The notes beneath the pieces are model-generated. The model worked only from the letters and a program-made list of their open reading frames with translations. It was not told the DNA's origin and did no database searches. A DNA stretch of 64,000 nucleotides from Acidobacteriota bacterium (GTDB lineage: Bacteria > Acidobacteriota > UBA6911 > RPQK01 > JAJDTT01): assembly GCA_965263035.1 (NCBI GenBank), contig OZ253580.1, positions 6,080,001 to 6,144,000 on the forward strand, in the 5' to 3' direction. A program made the translations under genes and the position numbers. Numbering within the stretch: position 1 is the first letter of the stretch; every line of letters starts with the position of its first letter. Shown here in pieces: positions 58,835 through 64,000 of this stretch.

Positions 58835-60599
58835 CCTGCATTTCTCATCAGTAGAACAATAAACGGAAGTTGAACCGTCGTCTGGGTGATTCTTTATCCA
58901 TACGAGTTCAAGAGGCAGTTTTCGTGCTCGAACGTGCCGACCAACGGCCAGATGCAGCGCTTCTCCAGAGCCTTTTGACGCCCATCCTGCGCTTCTGAGC
59001 GACGACTCTCGACCCGGTGCCCACTCCGGGGCGCAGTCCATCCTGGGGACTCCCAAGTCGCCATCGTCCAAAGAGTTCTTTCCATCCGTTGCTAACAGCG
59101 AAGCGGGAGGGCTTGCACTTGCGTCAGAGCCGTCCTCAACAGCGCCGCATACGGATAGCTCTCGGAAAAGGACAACCAGACCTTGCGGCTGGTGATCCGG
59201 ACCTGTGCCCCGATCTTCAGCAATCTCACCCGCAGGGTCCAGCTCTGCGCCCGCGCCAGCTTCGTCCCCGCCAGCCCCACCCGTCGCAACGTCTCCATCA
59301 TCACGTAGGCGAATGCCGAGAAATACAACCGCAGTTGATTCCCCGCCAGCTTCCGGGTCGACGTGCGGTCCGCAAACAGACCCATCTGCTGTTCCTTTAT
59401 CCGATTCTCCATGTCTCCCCGCGCGCAGTAGACCTCCTCGTACAATCTTCGCCCATCGCATTCCTGGACCGGGACCGAAGTCACGATGAATCGCGGGTTC
59501 TTTCCCCGGGGCAGGTGCTCCACCTTCGCCACCACCCGGCGCTCGCACGACCAACTCTTGTGCGTCTGATAGCGCAGTTCCTGGAACTGCCTCACGGCCT
59601 TCCCGATCGCCCGCTGCAACTGCCGGACGGTCTCCATCCGGGTCGCGATCCTCCGCTTCAGCCGATCGTTCTGCGCCAACCCCAGGACGTAATCGATCCC
59701 TTCCTTCTCGCACCAGACCATCAACTCGTCGTTGGAGAAGGCACTGTCCCCTCGAACCGTGATCCGCACCTGGGGCCACGCTTCACGCAGCCGCCTCACG
59801 ATTGGTTCCAACTCCGCCACCACCCCGTGGGCCGCGCCTCGATCCGCCGTGCGCAGCCGCGCACGCAACAGGTGTTCCCCACAGAAGACGTACAGCGGCA
59901 GGTAGCAGTAGCGTTTGTAATAGCCGTGGAAGAACCGTCCCTCCTGCTTCCCATGCAGCGGATCGTCCGTGGCGTCTACATCCAGGATCACCTCCTCCGG
60001 GGGCTCCGGATGCGCTTCCACAAACACCTCCAGCAGCAGCTCGTCCATCCCCGCCGGGTCGGCCACGATCTTCTTGTACGCGCCCTCCGGTCCCTCCAAC
60101 GGAGTCCGCTCCAGTCGGTTCAGGGTGCTCTTGCCTGCCAGCGGCTTGCCTCGATCCGACTCCACGCGCCGGAACTCCCCCGTCAGATCATCTCGATCAC
60201 ACAACAGCGCCAAGAGCCGGTCCCGGCACAACTCGTCGTGGTCGTTGAGGTCCTCGTAGCCCAGGCACAGCCCCAGCACCCGCTGTTTGATCAACGCCTC
60301 CACCGGGTGTTCGACTCGATCCGAGTCTCGATAGTCGGTGAAGCATTCGCTCAGACGACCCAGAATCCGGGTCCGCTGCTCCACTTCGCGCAGGAGCACG
60401 CCACCGGCGTCGGAGGTGATCTCGCCGCCGTCGAACCGGCCCACGACATCCCGTCCGTCCAGGCCCTGAAATCTGAGCTTTATTCTGGTACACTCTGCGG
60501 TCATAAGGTCGCGTCCCTTCTGCTTTGTAAGTTATTGATTACACAACACTTATAGCAGAAAACGCGGCCTTTATCAATCTTTCTGATGAGATATCCGGG
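58835..60599 (-). mobile_element. IS1380-family element (distinct from the trimer)
   Basis: 17-bp imperfect TIRs CCTGCATTTCTCATCAG / CCCGGATATCTCATCAG; 4-bp TSD CTAT at 58831-34 and 60600-03. Confidence 0.92.
59092..60504 (-). CDS. IS1380-family DDE transposase
   Basis: FDGGEITSDAG, GYEDLND, LDVDATDDPLHG.QE, RGDS, YCARGDMENRIKE. Confidence 0.95.
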   Translation of the reverse strand: MTAECTRIKLRFQGLDGRDVVGRFDGGEITSDAGGVLLREVEQRTRILGRLSECFTDYRDSDRVEHPVEALIKQRVLGLCLGYEDLNDHDELCRDRLLALLCDRDDLTGEFRRVESDRGKPLAGKSTLNRLERTPLEGPEGAYKKIVADPAGMDELLLEVFVEAHPEPPEEVILDVDATDDPLHGKQEGRFFHGYYKRYCYLPLYVFCGEHLLRARLRTADRGAAHGVVAELEPIVRRLREAWPQVRITVRGDSAFSNDELMVWCEKEGIDYVLGLAQNDRLKRRIATRMETVRQLQRAIGKAVRQFQELRYQTHKSWSCERRVVAKVEHLPRGKNPRFIVTSVPVQECDGRRLYEEVYCARGDMENRIKEQQMGLFADRTSTRKLAGNQLRLYFSAFAYVMMETLRRVGLAGTKLARAQSWTLRVRLLKIGAQVRITSRKVWLSFSESYPYAALLRTALTQVQALPLRC

Positions 60600-62367
60600 C
60601 TATGGTCACGGGCTGCATCGCCATGCCGGCCCAAACGGGCAAAGAGTACTCCATCCGTTCCGGGCTTGCTGCCTCCCCTCCGCTCGTATTCGAATCCAAG
60701 AACACGAAACGCGGCACCGGTGGCGCGCTCAAGTACGTTCTCATTCTGATTGGCAACCTGGAGTAACCTAACGGCTTCGCTCGCGGTTGGCGGTGCTTCG
60801 CCTGCCATGAGCCTCAGGATACGGTCCCGATCGCGAAGGATCTCCGCAATCGCGCCGGTTTCGACGCCTTGCTCTTGAAGCAGTCCTTCCAGTAGCACTT
60901 CTGATGGAGCGAACAGCTTTGCCGGATTTCGATTCTTGCCGTCACCTGTGAGCTTGTCGACAAATGGATGCTCAAGATTGATTGCGAGGCGCCGCGTACT
61001 GGGATCGTAGCGAACCGCAGCGGCGTGAGGGCCATATCGGCCGAAAGTAGGATCTTCAAATGGCCTACTCGTGACCTCGTCGCAAAAACCGTCGAACCAA
61101 TCGGAGGCATCGTCTTCGGCCACGTCCTTGGGAGCGGCGATGTAAAACGACTCCTCACCGGATTCTACTGTGGTGCGAACCCCACGAAGCAGAGGCTCGA
61201 GGATATGAGTGCTAGGCTCGTCAGACAGGAGCAAATGGATATCCAGATCCTTGACTTGTGTTCGCAGCCACTCCTCATACGCGCTGCGACATTGATTGAA
61301 AACCGTCAACAAGTACTGACGGAACTCGCGCACAAGCTTCGAATCCCTTACCCCTTCGCGTGACGACAGAAGATGGTTCCGCAGTCCTTCGGCGCGCACC
61401 TCCAAGGCGAATCGAGCCCATGCGGCGTAATTTGGCTGAGTGATTCCGAACAGTTCATCTTCGAGGTTAATGACACGTTCTCGGACTCGTACGAAGAATC
61501 CGTGACTCCGGGCAAGGTCGGCTGATTTTCCTCCGGTCAGAGGTTTTTCGTATATCCGAGCGTCGCCTTTAATGACTCCGATGCCTGACAAGTTCTCATC
61601 GATCTCGATAGTCTTTATTGGCTCAAGCCTCTCCTTGCTGGAAACGACACGCTCACCGTCGAGATAGATTTGAAAATCTAAATGGAGTGGCAAACCGGTG
61701 CTCAACACCCATCGCAATGTCCCGACCGAAAGCTGATTATAGAGATCCCGAAAGTCAGATAATCCGGCCACTGTCCACGATCTATCTCGGCCATTCACGC
61801 CAAATAAGAGGTCCCACGCAATCGCATCGCGTTCTTCGACGTCAGCCAGAAGGGCCCTAGCCGTTTGCTCGTCAACTTCACGAAGCGAGATTGTGGCTGG
61901 CTCAGGGTTGTCGGCTTGCCGTCCCGTGACCGTTCGAAAATCCATCACTGTCAAGAGGAAGCGATCGCGGACACGACTTAGATGCATGAGATGCCATGCA
62001 AGGACGTAGGCGGCAAGCTTTCCGATGCCGAATTGCCCAATGGGAAGACGCCCATTGGATGGAGATGCGTCGGTCTTGTCGGAGTCAGCCACCCGCCAGA
62101 GCTGGTGGAATCCATCGGCATTCATGCCGTGTCCGTCGTCAATAACCCAGAGGGGTGAGAGGGGAGTGACCTCGTTTTGGGGGTCCGGAAGCAGCACATG
62201 AACGCTGCCGGCCCCGGCGTCATAGCTGTTGCTAACGAGTTCCTCAATTGCCTTGTGCGGACTCTTATACAGGCCTTCCGAAAAGAGGCGAATGATGTCG
62301 TAGCTTATGAAAACAGAAATCTCGTCGACTTCATCGCCGACGTGCCCGAAGTCCGACATGGCCGAGG

Positions 62368-63000
62368 TCATTGCTTTCTCCTTTCATCTCGCTCCAAGTT
62401 GCCAAACGGATCCGGCATCGTGTCTACGATCTTCTCGGTCTCGAATCTGAAGCAGACAATCCGCACGATGGTTAGTGACCGAGTCGTTGGGGTGGGGGGG
62501 GAAGAAATTCGTTGGCGTCGTTCACCGTTGCGCTTGTCGGTGGTGGTCGTGTAGGAGTAGATCAGCCACTTAGAAAGCGTTCGTCCGTTGACGGCGTAGC
62601 AGTGGGCTTCCACGGGACTCCCGGTCAGCCGCGCGCGGTCGTTCAGGATCAGGATGGCGCGAGCCTTGTCGGCCGGACCCATCCGACCCGTCCCGAGACG
62701 GTAGTCGCCGGGCCGAAGCGTGTGGCCCGTGGAGGACAGGACTTCGAACGGATGCTCCGGGAAGTCCGTGTCCTCGTATCGCAGGTGCAGTTTTGCCAGC
62801 GCGGCCCGTGTGTCAACGAAGGCGCGGAAGTCCGGAGCGAAGAGGATGCGCGGCAAGTCCTTGCCATCCTGTAGGTGTCGTGCAGGCTGTCTTTGGGGGT
62901 CGCCATGAAGCGCGCCGCGTATGTGTGCGCGATGCGAGTTTCTATCTCGGGTAAGCGCGGGTTGAGGTTGTCGTCTGCGGAGTTCTTCTGTCAAGCCGAC
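62368..63000 (-). pseudogene. Type ISP restriction-modification enzyme C-terminal remnant
   Basis: DLPRI.FAPDF.AF, LAKLHLRYE, P.EAH.Y.VNGR..WLI..Y..TTDK; degenerate, apparently frameshifted; boundaries approximate. Confidence 0.65.
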
Positions 63001-64000
63001 CACGGGCAGATTGTCCAGGATCACCAGAATGGGCGGTTCTTCCGCCGCCAAGAGCGCGCGCTGTTCTCCGACAAAAAGACCGTGCTCTGGGAGTTGTTCA
63101 GGTTGGACGTATCGGTTAGCACGGTTCCGCCAAGGGCTCTTGGCGGCGTTCGTCCCACGCCGCTCTCGGTACGATTCCTCAACGTTTAACGCCGCAATGC
63201 AATAGTGACGGTTTCGCAAGACTCTCGTCGCCCACCCAGATCCATCCAAACACCGCTCCTTGTCCATTTGCCGACTCCTCGCGCGTCAAGCACGCTCCGC
63301 AAGAACTGGAAGATAGTCTACCGCCCCTCAAATGCGGCGATCAGCTCCGCCCACGCTCCCGGTTCGCAGTTCCAGTCGCTCTGCAGCCTGCACGTTGAAC
63401 CACTTCTCCATGAAATACGGAAGGCCGGCCCCCGCCGGAATACCGTGGGCTAGCACCCCCGTGAGCGGAGGTGCCAAGCCACATGCGACGCCTCAATGTT
63501 ACACGGGAATACAGGCGACCGGCCCGTTTCAGCCGTTCGAGTGAGGAGCCAGGGTGCTCGGTTTTCCCCTGAGAAACTGGAATCCTTTCGGACTATGTCG
63601 TTAAGTGTGTCCCGAATGGGAGGTCGGCCGCCAGGGCCTGGCTTAGGCGACATCAGTAAAACATCTTAAGGAAAGAACAGGGCTCGTGGAGGGCGGCGAG
63701 AGACTTGGCAAGAGGGTCGAGCACTTTGCGGACGGGTCCCTCCACAAATTCCGCCTTGTGGGGGAAGAGTAGTGTGGAGAGCCGGTTTCTCGCGACTTGG
63801 ACGGGGCCGACGGCTCGTTCGGAGAACAGTCGGATCCGCGTCGCGGAAGATGATGGTGCCATCTTGGTGCTTGTCACGGGCGGGATAAGCGCGCTTGATA
63901 CTCGGTAGCGTGCGCGTGCGCTGCGCTTGGGGCTCAACGCACGGATGCCCGGCCCACTGCGGCAGCGCATGCTCCGGACCGGCCACATTGGATTGAGGGG

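Larger units (their letters stand above)
58164..62371 (-). pseudogene. MORC/GHKL ATPase fused to a PD-(D/E)xK nuclease, split by IS1380
   Basis: ELVSNSYDAGA, DDGHGM, GQFGIGKLA; G.DG...YDAK; frame restored (812 aa) after removing the IS and one CTAT. Confidence 0.8.

Noticed and set aside
58164-58841. 225-aa ORF as an independent gene
   Set aside because: It is the C-terminal part of the IS-split MORC-nuclease; its ATG comes from the IS terminal repeat
63270-64000. Short ORFs at the window end
   Set aside because: No recognisable motifs; cannot be interpreted without the adjacent sequence

Overview
GC-rich bacterial chromosomal window. The gene content (DUF1553/DUF1501 modules, an Oar-like TonB receptor, TAT-exported hydrolases, SSS transporters, a secreted ankyrin protein) suggests Acidobacteria or a PVC-like lineage, which is an inference. 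It carries murB/murA, nfi, a Ski2-like helicase, a hexokinase and a tandemly duplicated three-gene cytochrome-c/DUF1501 module. The mobilome is dense: a head-to-tail IS1380 trimer with only one right end, a second IS1380 that splits a MORC-ATPase/nuclease gene in a decayed restriction island, two ~160-bp MITE families (3 copies each) and a REP-like palindrome family. The main discovery is at 34.9-37.1 kb. Two adjacent REP palindromes that form the in-frame 3' tail of the helicase gene were each invaded by a different RNA-guided element. One is an ORF-less group II intron whose EBS1/EBS2 match the REP. The other is an IS110 whose bridge-RNA guides can be read directly from the sequence and specify both the REP target and the element's own donor junction. 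All family assignments come from motif recognition by eye; no searches were run.
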